Shown here one piece after another: positions 18,909 through 29,289 of a DNA stretch of 64,000 nucleotides. The first letter of the stretch is position 1. Each line of letters begins with the position of its first letter. The translations under genes were made by a program, and so were the position numbers. The DNA lies in assembly GCA_002788855.1 (NCBI GenBank), contig PFSB01000006.1, forward strand, positions 5,467 to 69,466. The letters are read 5' to 3'. This DNA is from Candidatus Roizmanbacteria bacterium CG_4_9_14_0_2_um_filter_38_17. Lineage in GTDB: Bacteria; Patescibacteriota; Microgenomatia; GCA-00278855. The notes beneath the pieces were generated by a model. It ran no database searches. It had not been told where the DNA came from and was given only the letters and a program-made list of their open reading frames with translations.

Positions 18909-19607
18909 ATGTCTAAATTTACATGGATAACTACATTTCTATCGGTAGTATTGGTATCTAACTTGGTGGTCCTGTATTATCTGAATTACCAGCTAAGAGA
19001 TGAACTTAATAAAGTTAAAGCAAGTTCTCAGGCTACTGTCAGTCAAGAAGTCGCTGAACCACTTCAAACGGTTAGTAGACCCACTCCAGATCCAGAAGCA
19101 GTAGCCTTTTATTCAGATTCTTGTAACCCGGCGTGCCAGGACCAGATTGATAATGTAAAAAAGGTCGTAGCTAGAATTACACCCCAGATAATAAAGGAAG
19201 CAGAAACTGCGGAGACTCAATCTTCAGCTACTAACAATGCAGCTAAGGAATACTCAGTTACTTTGGGTAAAGGAAGCTCTGATGCAAAGGACTGGGAAGA
19301 TGTACCAGGCGTAAATGCATATATAAATACCAATAACTATAGCGATATTAGCTTGGTTACATTCGAGGTGTCACTTAGAGTTCCTACGGCAAATGATGAG
19401 GTATTTGCACGGCTTTATAATGTAACAGACAGTGCGGCAGTTAAGTCTAGCGATGTAACAAGTGCCTATAATATAGATTCTATTCTATTACAGGCAAACA
19501 ATATTAATCTCAGTAGCGGGAATAAGCTGTATCAGCTTCAGATGAAAACTAGATTTGGGAGAGAATCATTAGCTGACTCTACTCGGATAAAGATATTTAC
19601 AAAATGA
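18909..19607 (+). CDS. Hypothetical membrane-anchored extracytoplasmic protein
   Basis: Single N-terminal hydrophobic helix, S/T/P/Q-rich linker, CxxxC, beta-rich C-terminal domain; no enzyme motif. Confidence 0.7.
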   Translation: MSKFTWITTFLSVVLVSNLVVLYYLNYQLRDELNKVKASSQATVSQEVAEPLQTVSRPTPDPEAVAFYSDSCNPACQDQIDNVKKVVARITPQIIKEAETAETQSSATNNAAKEYSVTLGKGSSDAKDWEDVPGVNAYINTNNYSDISLVTFEVSLRVPTANDEVFARLYNVTDSAAVKSSDVTSAYNIDSILLQANNINLSSGNKLYQLQMKTRFGRESLADSTRIKIFTK

Positions 19608-20521
19608 AGAGAGTCGCAATTATAATCGTAAACTACAATGGTTGGCAAGATACCATTGATTGTCTTAAGTCTATATCCCATCTCAATTTGCCAGATATTA
19701 AGTTACACACAGTTGTTATAGACAACGATTCCTCTAACGATTCGTATGATCAACTAACCGAATTTATTACCAAAGAAGAAGAATTAGTAAATGTTGAATT
19801 AGTTAAACTATCTAGTAACTTAGGGTTTAGCGGAGGAACTAACGTAGGCATTAAAAGTGCGATAGCACAAGACGATGACTACATCATGCTTTTAAACAAT
19901 GACACCACAGTAGACCTTGATCTAGTTACAGAGCTGGTAAAAGCAGCTAATAAGAAAGCAGGTATAGTGGTACCTAAAATATATTTTGCTAAGGGCTATG
20001 AATACCACAAGGGGCGATATACAAAAGCAGAGCAAGGTAAAGTTATCTGGTATGCGGGAGGACAGATAGACTGGAATAATATGTATGCCAGTCATCGCGG
20101 AGTGGATGAGGTAGACAAAGGGCAATACGACGTTAAAGAGCAGACAGAGTTTGCATCTGGATGCTGTATGTTGGTAAGTCGTGAGGTGTTTGAGGAAGTT
20201 GGCTATTTAGACGATGACCTCTTTTTATACCTAGAAGATCTAGATTTTTGTTTGCGTTCTATAAAAGAGGGATATGAGATAATTTATAAGCCCAAAGCTA
20301 TGGTTTGGCATAAGAATGCGTCTTCGTCAGATAAACCTGGATCTAAGTTGCATCAATACTATTTAACAAGAAACCGTTTAATAGTGGGAATGCGTTATGC
20401 TCCAATAAGAACCAGAGTAGCTCTACTTAAAGAAAGTCTTAAGTTTTTTCAAAAAGGTGGAGTTTTAAGAAAAGCAGTGCGAGATTATTACTTATACAAC
20501 TGGGGAAAATGGGAAAACTAA
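19604..20521 (+). CDS. GT2 glycosyltransferase (rhamnosyltransferase/WbbL-like)
   Basis: IIVNYNG, DN.S, NLGF.GG.N.G, LLNNDT, GCCML, LYLEDLDF, YY..RNR. Confidence 0.88.
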   Translation: MKRVAIIIVNYNGWQDTIDCLKSISHLNLPDIKLHTVVIDNDSSNDSYDQLTEFITKEEELVNVELVKLSSNLGFSGGTNVGIKSAIAQDDDYIMLLNNDTTVDLDLVTELVKAANKKAGIVVPKIYFAKGYEYHKGRYTKAEQGKVIWYAGGQIDWNNMYASHRGVDEVDKGQYDVKEQTEFASGCCMLVSREVFEEVGYLDDDLFLYLEDLDFCLRSIKEGYEIIYKPKAMVWHKNASSSDKPGSKLHQYYLTRNRLIVGMRYAPIRTRVALLKESLKFFQKGGVLRKAVRDYYLYNWGKWEN

Positions 20522-21240
20522 GTGCCATAATTATTACTAGAAACGAAGAAAATAATATAGCTGATGTTATTAAAAACGTTAGCTTTGCAGACGAGGTTAT
20601 TGTTGTAGATAATTTATCAGCTGATAAAACAGTAGATATTGCAAAAAATGCGGGAGCTATTGTTTATAGTCAGAAGTTTAGTAATTTTGCCCAGCAAAGA
20701 GATTTTGCACATAATAAGGCAACAAAAAAATGGTTGCTTTATATTGATGCAGACGAAAGGTTGTCAAATGAGCTTGTGCAGGAAATTTCAAATATTCAAG
20801 ATGTGTATGGGGGATACATCTTAAGAAGAAGAAACTTTTATCTAGGTAAACATGAGTGGCCATTTATTGAGGAAATTCCAAGACTGTTTTTAAAAGCTAA
20901 ATTGCGAGGGTGGAGGGGAAAAATTCATGAGACCGCAATTTTTGAAGGAAAAATAGGAATTTTAAACTCCTATCTAAACCATTATACACATAAAAATTTA
21001 AGTTCAATGATTAAAAAAACGAACGAATGGTCGGATGTTGAAGCAGGGTTGTTATTTAAATCAGGTCATCCTCAGATGAGCTGGTGGAGGTTTTTAAGGA
21101 TAATGCTGACAAAATTCAGAGACTCTTATTTTATACAAGGAGGTTGGAAGGTTGGTGCCATCGGTTTTATCGAAAGCATGTATCAGGCTTATAGTTACTT
21201 TGTAGTTTATGCTAAATTATGGGAATTACAAAGAAAATAA
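20509..21240 (+). CDS. GT2 glycosyltransferase (KdtX/WaaE-like)
   Basis: IITRNEE, VVDN.S.D.T, F..QR, W.LYIDADER, IHE. Confidence 0.86.
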   Translation: MGKLSAIIITRNEENNIADVIKNVSFADEVIVVDNLSADKTVDIAKNAGAIVYSQKFSNFAQQRDFAHNKATKKWLLYIDADERLSNELVQEISNIQDVYGGYILRRRNFYLGKHEWPFIEEIPRLFLKAKLRGWRGKIHETAIFEGKIGILNSYLNHYTHKNLSSMIKKTNEWSDVEAGLLFKSGHPQMSWWRFLRIMLTKFRDSYFIQGGWKVGAIGFIESMYQAYSYFVVYAKLWELQRK

Positions 21241-23489
21241 TTCGTAGATATTGGCCGGTTATATGGATTGTTGTTTTATGGCTAATATTTTCACAGCCGT
21301 ATTTACTTAAAGGTTTAGCACCTTTTCCATCGGGTTATCTGGTGAATTTTTTCTCTCCTTGGAATAATTATTTTGGATTTCCGTTTGGAAATAATGCGAT
21401 GCCAGATGTTATATCACAGCTCTATCCCTGGAAGACTGTTGTAATAGAAAGCTGGAAATTTGGCCAGATTCCGTTTTGGAATCCTTATCAGTTTGCGGGT
21501 AACCCTCAGTTAGCGAATGTTCAGTCAGCAGTATTTACACCGTTAAATATGCTCTTTTTTGTACTACCATTTGTCCATGCCTGGAGCATCTTAATTCTTC
21601 TGCAGCCGCTGCTTGCAGGATTATTTACTTATCTGTTTGTGCGTAAGCTGAAAGTGAGTAGAGCTGCAGCTGTATTAAGCGCCATATCATTTATGTTTGC
21701 TGGTTTCATAACGGTATGGATGGCTTATGGGACACTTGCTTACGCAATTCTATATTTTCCCCTTGTGCTTTATGGAATTGAACGCTATCGTAGCAAGCCA
21801 GATCTTGCTGCAAAGTTAATTGTTGTATTTAGTATTCCGCTATCACTATTTTCTGGACACTTTCAAACAAGTATTTACATGCTACTTGCTGGAGCTTCAT
21901 ATGGAGTGTATTCTTTTTGGCTAAATAAGAGAAAGCTTTTAAGTTTGTCGATGTTATTCTTAGTAGGTCTTATCATATCTCTGCCTCAGCTTATTCCAGC
22001 GATTCAGTTTTATCAGCAGTCTGTACGAAGTGGATTGTACGAAGTGGGAGAAGTTATTCCTTGGAGTTATCTAATAACTGTTCTAGCGCCAGATTTTTAT
22101 GGCAACCCGGTTACTCGTAATGATTGGTTTGGACACTACGCTGAGTGGTCGAGTTTTGCGGGAGTGATTCCGGTAATGTTGGCTATTTTTGTATTATTTT
22201 TGGATAGAAAATCTAGCAAAGTAAGGTTTTTTGGTGTGCTAGCAGCATTTTCCCTACTATTGGCTTACCAGACGCCCTTGATTGATCTGTTGGCTAAGCT
22301 GAAAATTCCTGTGCTGGCTACTAGTGCAGCGTCGCGCATTATTGTTTTATTTAGTTTTGGAATAGCGGTACTATCCGGATTTGGCTTAGACAGACTTATA
22401 GTGGTGTGGAGCAAGCATAGGATAACAAAAAAGATGATGCTTTTTTTTGGAGTGTGGATAGTTCTTGTAATTGGTGCATGGGGGATGCTTCTTAGTAATA
22501 ATCTTTTCTTTCTTGAGAAAGCTGGGATGCAAGAATTTTCTATAGCCAAACGCAATTTTATTCTTCCAACGTTTTTTATATTTAGTGGAATAGTAGTGAT
22601 ATTTTTAGGTTACTTCGTAAAGAAAGAAATATACATAAAGCTGTTGATACTAGGTTTGTTGGTTGTTGTTTCTTTTGATGTGCTTAGGTTTAGTACAAAA
22701 TGGATGCCGTTTGATCTAATAGAAAATATGTATCCAGAAAATGGGGCGCTTACATATTTACAAAAGAATGTTGGAAATTATAGAGTGTTTGGAAATTTTG
22801 GCAATGAAGGACAGACACCATTTAAACTTCAAGGAATTGAAGGATATGATCCGCTGTATGTTAGTCGCTATGGAGAGTTTGTTTCTGCAGCTGGTGATGG
22901 TCATCTTCGGGGTGTGGATCGATCAGTGGTTCTTATGAACAAAAATGGGGAGTATACAAAGAGTATGCTTGATCTACTGGGGGTTAAATATTACCTTCAG
23001 TCTAAAGGCGATGGGAGAAATATCTGGGTGTTTCCATTCTGGGAATATCCAGAAAGTTTTGGTTCAGCAGTTTGGAGTGATGAAAAATATGAGATCTATG
23101 AAAATACCACTGCGTACCCTAGAGCTTATGTAGTACATGACTATATCGTAGCAGATAGCGATCAGGAAGTTATAGATAGTATATTGGCCGATGATACAGA
23201 CTTAAGAGAAACAGCTATTCTCGAAGAGAAACCACAGGATGCCATAGAGCCGTGCAAAGGAGAAGACAAGGTAGCTATTGTTAACTATTCAGCCAATAGG
23301 ATCGAGCTTGATGTGTCTACGGATTGTCCAGGATTACTGTTCATGTCTGATAATTACTATCCGGGTTGGAATGTATATCTCGATGGAACTAAGTCGAATA
23401 TATATCGTGCAAATTATACGTTTAGAGCTGTGGTGGTCCCGGAAGGTGATCACAAGGTGATTTTTAAATATGAAAATTGGTATTTCTAG
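21219..23489 (+). CDS. YfhO-like GT-C membrane protein
   Basis: D..Q.YPW, G.IP.WNPY.F.G.P..AN.QSA.F.P.N, GH.Q, PDFYGNP, GYDPL, Y.PR, NYYPGW...FRAVVVP.G.H. Confidence 0.82.
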   Translation: MGITKKIIRRYWPVIWIVVLWLIFSQPYLLKGLAPFPSGYLVNFFSPWNNYFGFPFGNNAMPDVISQLYPWKTVVIESWKFGQIPFWNPYQFAGNPQLANVQSAVFTPLNMLFFVLPFVHAWSILILLQPLLAGLFTYLFVRKLKVSRAAAVLSAISFMFAGFITVWMAYGTLAYAILYFPLVLYGIERYRSKPDLAAKLIVVFSIPLSLFSGHFQTSIYMLLAGASYGVYSFWLNKRKLLSLSMLFLVGLIISLPQLIPAIQFYQQSVRSGLYEVGEVIPWSYLITVLAPDFYGNPVTRNDWFGHYAEWSSFAGVIPVMLAIFVLFLDRKSSKVRFFGVLAAFSLLLAYQTPLIDLLAKLKIPVLATSAASRIIVLFSFGIAVLSGFGLDRLIVVWSKHRITKKMMLFFGVWIVLVIGAWGMLLSNNLFFLEKAGMQEFSIAKRNFILPTFFIFSGIVVIFLGYFVKKEIYIKLLILGLLVVVSFDVLRFSTKWMPFDLIENMYPENGALTYLQKNVGNYRVFGNFGNEGQTPFKLQGIEGYDPLYVSRYGEFVSAAGDGHLRGVDRSVVLMNKNGEYTKSMLDLLGVKYYLQSKGDGRNIWVFPFWEYPESFGSAVWSDEKYEIYENTTAYPRAYVVHDYIVADSDQEVIDSILADDTDLRETAILEEKPQDAIEPCKGEDKVAIVNYSANRIELDVSTDCPGLLFMSDNYYPGWNVYLDGTKSNIYRANYTFRAVVVPEGDHKVIFKYENWYF

Positions 23490-24504
23490 TCCATATCTAG
23501 ATAGTCTAGCTGGGGGTGAGAGATATATGCTCACCATAGCTTCTTGTTTGTCAAAAAAGCATAGAGTTGATGTTTTCTGGCCAAACATGGATATTATTGA
23601 AAGGGCTAAAAAAAGATTCAATCTGGATCTAGACGGTGTTTCTGTTAACGCCTCGATGCAGATAGGTAAGATTAGTCGTATTAAGCATACTTTTAAATAC
23701 GATGTAATTATTTACCTTTCAGATGGTAGCGTCCCGATTAGCTTAGCTAAGCACAATATACTTCATTTTCAGGTTCCTTTCACAAGCGTAAACGGGAGGA
23801 GCTTATCTAACCAGCTTAAGCTTAAGAGATTTAATCATTTTGTCTGTAATTCAGAATTTACAAAAAAATATATAGATCAAGAATTTGCAGTAAATAGCAG
23901 TGTTATATATCCTCCAGTCAATACAACAGAGTTTAAGGCGGGTAAAAAACAGAATACTATCTTAACTGTGGGAAGATTTCATCCGCTCAAAAAGCAAGAT
24001 GTGCTTATAGATACCTTTATTTCCATACAAGAAAAGTTAGGTGATTGGCAATTTGTAATAGCTGGGGGATTACTTGAGCAAGACAAGAGTTATTACCAGG
24101 CGCTTGTGGCAAAGTGTGTGGGTAATAATATTAAGCTATTGCCTAATATCAGCCATGAGGATTTAACTCGGCTATATGAAGAGACTAAGATCTACTGGCA
24201 TGGAACGGGTTATGGTGAAAAAAACCCAGAGAATATGGAGCACTTTGGAATAACAACAGTTGAGGCAATGGCGTCTGGTTGTATTCCGGTAGCTTTCAAA
24301 GGCGGTGGACAGAAAGAAATTATTAATGACAAGATAGGTGGTTATCTCTGGGATACTACAGATGAGTTAGTAAAATATACACAAGAGCTAGCTGGTTCAA
24401 CTGAATTATGGGAAAAACTTTCAAAGCAATCAAAGCAAGATGCAGTAAAATATTCTGAGGCAGAATTTTGTAAAAATTGGCAGGAGCTAATAGAAAGGCT
24501 ATGA
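23470..24504 (+). CDS. GT4 (GT-B fold) glycosyltransferase
   Basis: GGERY, NS.FT, VIYPPV, VGRF...K.Q, EHFGITTVEAMASG. Confidence 0.92.
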   Translation: MKIGISSPYLDSLAGGERYMLTIASCLSKKHRVDVFWPNMDIIERAKKRFNLDLDGVSVNASMQIGKISRIKHTFKYDVIIYLSDGSVPISLAKHNILHFQVPFTSVNGRSLSNQLKLKRFNHFVCNSEFTKKYIDQEFAVNSSVIYPPVNTTEFKAGKKQNTILTVGRFHPLKKQDVLIDTFISIQEKLGDWQFVIAGGLLEQDKSYYQALVAKCVGNNIKLLPNISHEDLTRLYEETKIYWHGTGYGEKNPENMEHFGITTVEAMASGCIPVAFKGGGQKEIINDKIGGYLWDTTDELVKYTQELAGSTELWEKLSKQSKQDAVKYSEAEFCKNWQELIERL

Positions 24505-26720
24505 AAAGATACTTATTCCCATTGCTATTAGGGTTAATAGTAGTAGTTTTTTTTGCAAAAACTATTTTTCAAGGATTATTGCCTATTCCAGCAGATACTA
24601 TAGTCGGCTTGTATCATCCATTTCGAGATGCTGTTTTTCAGGAATATCCTAACGGGATTCCTTACAAGAATTTTTTAATAACTGATCCAGTTCGTCAGCA
24701 GTATCCTTGGCGAGAATTAGCTGTGTCGATTATGAAACAAGGTGAGTTACCGCTTTGGAATCCATATCAATTTGCGGGTACTCCACTTCTTGGTAATCTA
24801 CAGTCAGCAGCCCTATATCCCTTGAATATATTGTACTGGTTAATGCCATTTCAAATGACGTGGACAGTGCTGGTTATACTACAGCCACTTCTTGCTTTGT
24901 TATTTATGTACCTATATCTAAAAGAAATGAAACTATTTAAGCTACCTGCGACATTTGGTGCTGTAATATTTGCTTTTAGTGGGTTTTTCGTTGCTTGGCT
25001 AGAGTGGAACACTATTTTACACGTAATTTTATGGTTGCCATTATTATTGCTGGCGCTTGAAAAACTAAGAGTTAAATTGAGTCTTCTTTGGAGTACTATT
25101 TTTATTTTTGCTCTTTCTTCAAGTTTTCTTGCAGGGCATTTACAGGTCTTCTTCTATGTATCTTTGGTTCTTATGGCTTATTTAGTTACTATTTTGTATA
25201 GAAGTAAATCTAAGGGTAAGTTGGTGTTGCTACTTTCTGCTCTTTGCTCACTGTTTGCTGTAGTAACGTCTCTACAGTGGATTCAATTTGTAAAATTTTA
25301 CCTGCAGTCAGCGCGTGAAATTGATCAAGTATTATGGCAAAAGGAAGGCTGGTTTATACCAGCTAAGCATCTAGTTCAGTTTTTTGCTCCAGATTTTTTT
25401 GGCAATCCAGCAACCTTGAATTACTGGGGAGTTTGGAATTATGGTGAATTTATTGGGTATGTAGGAATAGCCGGCTTTGTATTTGCCCTTCTTGCAATTA
25501 TATACAGGAGAGATAGGAAGACATTCTTCTATATTGGATTATTAATCGGATCTATATTATTTGCTACAAATAATGTTATTGCTCAGTTACCTTTTAGGAT
25601 GGGTTTGCCACTAATTGGAACTAGTCAGCCGACCAGATTATTGGCCATAGTAGATTTTTCATTAGCGGTGCTAGCTGCACTTGGACTAGATTATTTTTTA
25701 CGTAGACAGCTAAATATAAAAAAGATAAGCACAGTATTAGTATTGTTTTTGAGCTTATTTATTGCATTATGGATATATACTGATACAGGTAGTGTAGAGC
25801 TTGCAGTAGCAAAACGTAATTTAATTTTACCAACAGGACTATTTATTATTACTGTTATCTTATTACTTAGTGCAATAGCTAGTAGAAATAAAAAGATTTT
25901 TTTGTTTACTGTTTACTGTTTACTGTTTACTGTAGTCTTTGACCTATTTCGGTTTGGCTGGAAATTCACTCCTTTTGTAGCTAGTGACTATCTCTTTCCT
26001 TCTACCAAAACCATTGAGTTTTTGCAGGAGCAAGAGGGGGTGTTTAGAATTATGGCGGCTGATAGGCGAATCTTGCCATCGAACTTTTCAACTTTCTATA
26101 GATTACAGGATGTTGGAGGATACGACCCACTATATCTTAAGAATTATGGAGAATTGGTGAGTGCCTGGGAGAAGAATAAACCAGACGCTTCCTTATTAGA
26201 GTTTAATCGCATATTATCACCTCAAAACTATGAGAGTAAGTTAGCGGATTTATTGAATGTGAAGTACATTCTTAGTTTAGATGAGTTAAGTTCATCAAAG
26301 CTAGTAGAAGTCTTTTCTGAAGGGCAAACCAAGGTGTATGAAAATATAGAAGTTTATCCACGGGTCTTTTTGGTATCCTCAGTTTTAAAAGTCAATAGTA
26401 AACAAGAGGCTATTAATAAAATATTTGAAGAGGGTCTGGATCTAGGTACTCAAGCAGTTGTATATGAAGATCTTAAGCTGGCTAATACGCCCTTAGTCAG
26501 ATCTGAGAACGTAAAGCTACTTAGCTATAGCCCTAATTCAGTTGTGGCGGAGACTGTGACTGAAGAGGAGCACTTATTGGTATTGAGCGATGTATATTAC
26601 CCTGAATGGAGTGTTTTTGTCGATGGAGTTTCAAAGGATATCATTGAAGTAGATTATGCTTTGCGCGGTGTGGTTGTACCTTCTGGAAAGCATAAAGTTG
26701 AATTTAAGATTAGAATATAA
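24501..26720 (+). CDS. YfhO-like GT-C membrane protein
   Basis: TDPVRQQYPW, PLWNPY.F.GTPL..N.QSA, GH.Q, PDFFGNP, GYDPL, YYP.W...LRGVVVPSG.H; start set at ATG 24501 (ATGA overlap). Confidence 0.82.
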   Translation: MKRYLFPLLLGLIVVVFFAKTIFQGLLPIPADTIVGLYHPFRDAVFQEYPNGIPYKNFLITDPVRQQYPWRELAVSIMKQGELPLWNPYQFAGTPLLGNLQSAALYPLNILYWLMPFQMTWTVLVILQPLLALLFMYLYLKEMKLFKLPATFGAVIFAFSGFFVAWLEWNTILHVILWLPLLLLALEKLRVKLSLLWSTIFIFALSSSFLAGHLQVFFYVSLVLMAYLVTILYRSKSKGKLVLLLSALCSLFAVVTSLQWIQFVKFYLQSAREIDQVLWQKEGWFIPAKHLVQFFAPDFFGNPATLNYWGVWNYGEFIGYVGIAGFVFALLAIIYRRDRKTFFYIGLLIGSILFATNNVIAQLPFRMGLPLIGTSQPTRLLAIVDFSLAVLAALGLDYFLRRQLNIKKISTVLVLFLSLFIALWIYTDTGSVELAVAKRNLILPTGLFIITVILLLSAIASRNKKIFLFTVYCLLFTVVFDLFRFGWKFTPFVASDYLFPSTKTIEFLQEQEGVFRIMAADRRILPSNFSTFYRLQDVGGYDPLYLKNYGELVSAWEKNKPDASLLEFNRILSPQNYESKLADLLNVKYILSLDELSSSKLVEVFSEGQTKVYENIEVYPRVFLVSSVLKVNSKQEAINKIFEEGLDLGTQAVVYEDLKLANTPLVRSENVKLLSYSPNSVVAETVTEEEHLLVLSDVYYPEWSVFVDGVSKDIIEVDYALRGVVVPSGKHKVEFKIRI
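25903..25933 (+). repeat. In-frame heptamer tandem repeat (TGTTTAC) x about 4.4
   Basis: Perfect tgtttac x4 plus tgt, encoding LFTVYCLLFTV. Confidence 0.88.
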
Positions 26721-26721
26721 T
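26716..26721 (+). promoter_or_regulatory. Putative -10 box TATAAT 5 nt upstream of ATG 26727
   Basis: Consensus TATAAT-aaaga-ATG; AT-rich background lowers specificity. Confidence 0.35.
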
Positions 26722-26726
26722 AAAGA

Positions 26727-27656
26727 ATGGCTAAATTAAAATCACTGGTCTCGATTGTTATTCCAAACTACAATGGTGAAGAATTACTTAAGCAGAATTT
26801 GCCGAAGATTGCTCAAGCAGCATTAGCATATGACAGTACTATTGAAATAATAGTAGTTGATGATGCTTCCATAGATAACTCTGTTACCCAAATTGAGAGC
26901 CAGCGTTCAAAAGTTAAAAACATAAAGCTAGTTAGGCACGAGAAAAATAGAGGATTTTCTGTTGCAGTAAATACTGGTGTTGCAAATGCTAGAGGAGATA
27001 TTGTTGTTTTACTTAATTCAGACGTTAGCCCGGAGTTTAATTTTCTAGAGCCACTAATATCCCATTTTACTGATGAGAAAATTTTTGCGGTTGGATGCCT
27101 AGACAAGAGCATCGAAGGAAATAAAACCATAGAGAGAGGTCGAGGTATTGGTTGGTGGGAAAGGGGGATGGTTGTGCATAAAAGAGGAGAAGTGAACAAG
27201 GCAGATACATTCTGGGTATCTGGTGGTTCAGGCGCGTTTCGTAAATATATCTGGGATAAGCTTGGAGGAATGGATGAGCTATATAAGCCATTCTACTGGG
27301 AAGATATTGATCTTTCTTACAGGGCTCGTAAAGCTGGGTATAAATTATTGTTTGAATCAAAGAGCGTGGTTACTCATGCTCACTCTGATGGAACAATTAA
27401 ATCTAATTTCAGCGATGAAGAAATTAAATCAATAGCTTATAGAAATCAGCTATTGTTTGTCTGGAAAAATATAACAGATCTGCAACTTACAATTAGTCAC
27501 ATAGTTTGGCTTCCCTATCACTTTTTAGCAACCATCGCGAGAGGCGATTTTGCATTTAGTTATGGCTTTGTACTGGCGCTATTTAGATTGGGAATTGTTA
27601 GTAGACAGAGAAGTAATTATGTATATAATGATAAAAAAATTCTTAACAAAACATAG
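26727..27656 (+). CDS. GT2 glycosyltransferase (rhamnosyltransferase/WbbL-like)
   Basis: IPNYNG, VDDAS.D, N.GF..AVN.G, LLNSD, GG.DE.Y..FYWEDIDL.YRA. Confidence 0.88.
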   Translation: MAKLKSLVSIVIPNYNGEELLKQNLPKIAQAALAYDSTIEIIVVDDASIDNSVTQIESQRSKVKNIKLVRHEKNRGFSVAVNTGVANARGDIVVLLNSDVSPEFNFLEPLISHFTDEKIFAVGCLDKSIEGNKTIERGRGIGWWERGMVVHKRGEVNKADTFWVSGGSGAFRKYIWDKLGGMDELYKPFYWEDIDLSYRARKAGYKLLFESKSVVTHAHSDGTIKSNFSDEEIKSIAYRNQLLFVWKNITDLQLTISHIVWLPYHFLATIARGDFAFSYGFVLALFRLGIVSRQRSNYVYNDKKILNKT

Positions 27657-29289
27657 CTATTTACTCGGAGTTATAGTTCTTTCTATGCTGCCACTTTTAA
27701 GCTTGTTTATAACAGATAAGCTTGTCCATACCCATGATGGTCTGGTGCATTTGCCACGCATGGCTGCTTACTATAAAGCTCTCTTAGATGGACAAATACC
27801 ACCACGTTTTGCAGGGGATCTTAATTATGGATATGGTATGCCGCTATTTATTTTCATTTATCAATTTCCATATATAGTTTCATCACTATTGATAGCGCTC
27901 GGGAGTTCGTTGGTTGGAGCTTTTAAGGTAACCTTATCTTTGAGCTATATTTTTTCGGGTATATTCATGTGGTTATTTGCTAGGGAGTTTTTTAAGAGTG
28001 ACAAGAAAGCTCTATTGGTAACCGTTTTTTATCAGTTTAATACTTTTCGATTCGTTGAGCTTCTGGTTAGAGGAAGTTTTGGAGAAGTATATACGTATAC
28101 TTTTTTACCGTTAGTTTTATATGGCTTAGTTAGATTATTTAAAAAAATTAACTTTACCAATATTGTCTTAACCTCAGTAGCAGTAGCGCTCCTGATAATC
28201 TCGCATAACTCGGTCAGTTTGTTGTTTTTTGGTGTTGCAGTATTGTTCTTAATCTTATTTGGCAAAAATAAGAGAAATATTACTTGGGGAGCTGCTTCAC
28301 TTTTGCTTGGAATGGGTCTATCTGCGTACTACTGGGTGTCTGCGATGGCAGAGCATAAATATACGTATGGAGATCTATTTATGCAGAGTATATATCTGGA
28401 GCATTTCCCTCCATTTTTACAACTTCTTGTACCGAATCTTACAAATATACAGTTTCTCCAGACAGGGGGAATTGTAACCCAGCTGGGTTTAATGCAGTTG
28501 GTTGTGTTGTTTGTTGCGTTTGGGGTAGCTTACTCAGCATTAAAGAAAGGTAAGAAGCTTAGTAGAGTCATAGTCTTTGGATTTCTAATTGTATTTGGAG
28601 CACTATTTTTTATGCAGCCAGTGTCAAAGCCATTGTGGGAACGAATAAGCCTACTTCGCCAATTTCAGTTTCCTTGGCGTTTTCTTTCGCTAATGACTTT
28701 TGCTATTGCAATGATGGCGCCGGTTTTATTGAAATTTAGTGTTGTCAAAAATAAAGCTGTATACACTAGTATAATTTTATTGACTATTGTTACATCTGTC
28801 TATTACTGGTTGCCTAGCTTGGGTCTAGATACCATCAAGGAGGAGGGCTATTGGAATTTTCCTAAGACTACAACCTACTGGGGTGAAACAGATGTAATAT
28901 GGTCTGAGGGACCGGCAAGTTCTTACCCAGCTTCTCCGGTTGAGATAGTAGCGGGAGATGCTAGTGTCTCAAACTATGTTAAGAAATCTAATGTGCATAC
29001 ATATGTTGTTGAAGTCTCTCAGGAGAGTATGTTAGTTGATCATACGCAGTATTTTCCTGGTTGGAGGGTGCTAGTAGATGGAAAAAAAAGAGATATAGAA
29101 TTTCAAGATTTTAGCTGGAAGGGACAAATCACTTATAGTGTTCCCGAGGGTAAGCATAAAGTTGAAGTTAGATTTGGAGAGAGTAAGGTGAGGTATATAG
29201 CAGATATGATTACGGTCTTAAGTTTTGTTGTAATTATTATTGTTGGGATTTTTAGAAAGAAGGTTTTTAAATGGTTCGCAAAGAAATAA
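27628..29289 (+). CDS. GT-C-like membrane protein (PTPS-related/YfhO-like subfamily)
   Basis: THDG..H..R, GQ.PPR...LNYGYG.P.F.F.Y, RGS.GE, SHN, QFPWR, YFPGW..VDG; start set at ATG 27628. Confidence 0.8.
   Translation: MIKKFLTKHSYLLGVIVLSMLPLLSLFITDKLVHTHDGLVHLPRMAAYYKALLDGQIPPRFAGDLNYGYGMPLFIFIYQFPYIVSSLLIALGSSLVGAFKVTLSLSYIFSGIFMWLFAREFFKSDKKALLVTVFYQFNTFRFVELLVRGSFGEVYTYTFLPLVLYGLVRLFKKINFTNIVLTSVAVALLIISHNSVSLLFFGVAVLFLILFGKNKRNITWGAASLLLGMGLSAYYWVSAMAEHKYTYGDLFMQSIYLEHFPPFLQLLVPNLTNIQFLQTGGIVTQLGLMQLVVLFVAFGVAYSALKKGKKLSRVIVFGFLIVFGALFFMQPVSKPLWERISLLRQFQFPWRFLSLMTFAIAMMAPVLLKFSVVKNKAVYTSIILLTIVTSVYYWLPSLGLDTIKEEGYWNFPKTTTYWGETDVIWSEGPASSYPASPVEIVAGDASVSNYVKKSNVHTYVVEVSQESMLVDHTQYFPGWRVLVDGKKRDIEFQDFSWKGQITYSVPEGKHKVEVRFGESKVRYIADMITVLSFVVIIIVGIFRKKVFKWFAKK

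Noticed and set aside
26902-26920. agcgttcaaaagttaaa, resembling 48021-48036, as a heptamer-repeat remnant
   Set aside because: Only about 2 degenerate units in A-rich Lys-coding DNA, with no length difference from paralogs; chance cannot be excluded.
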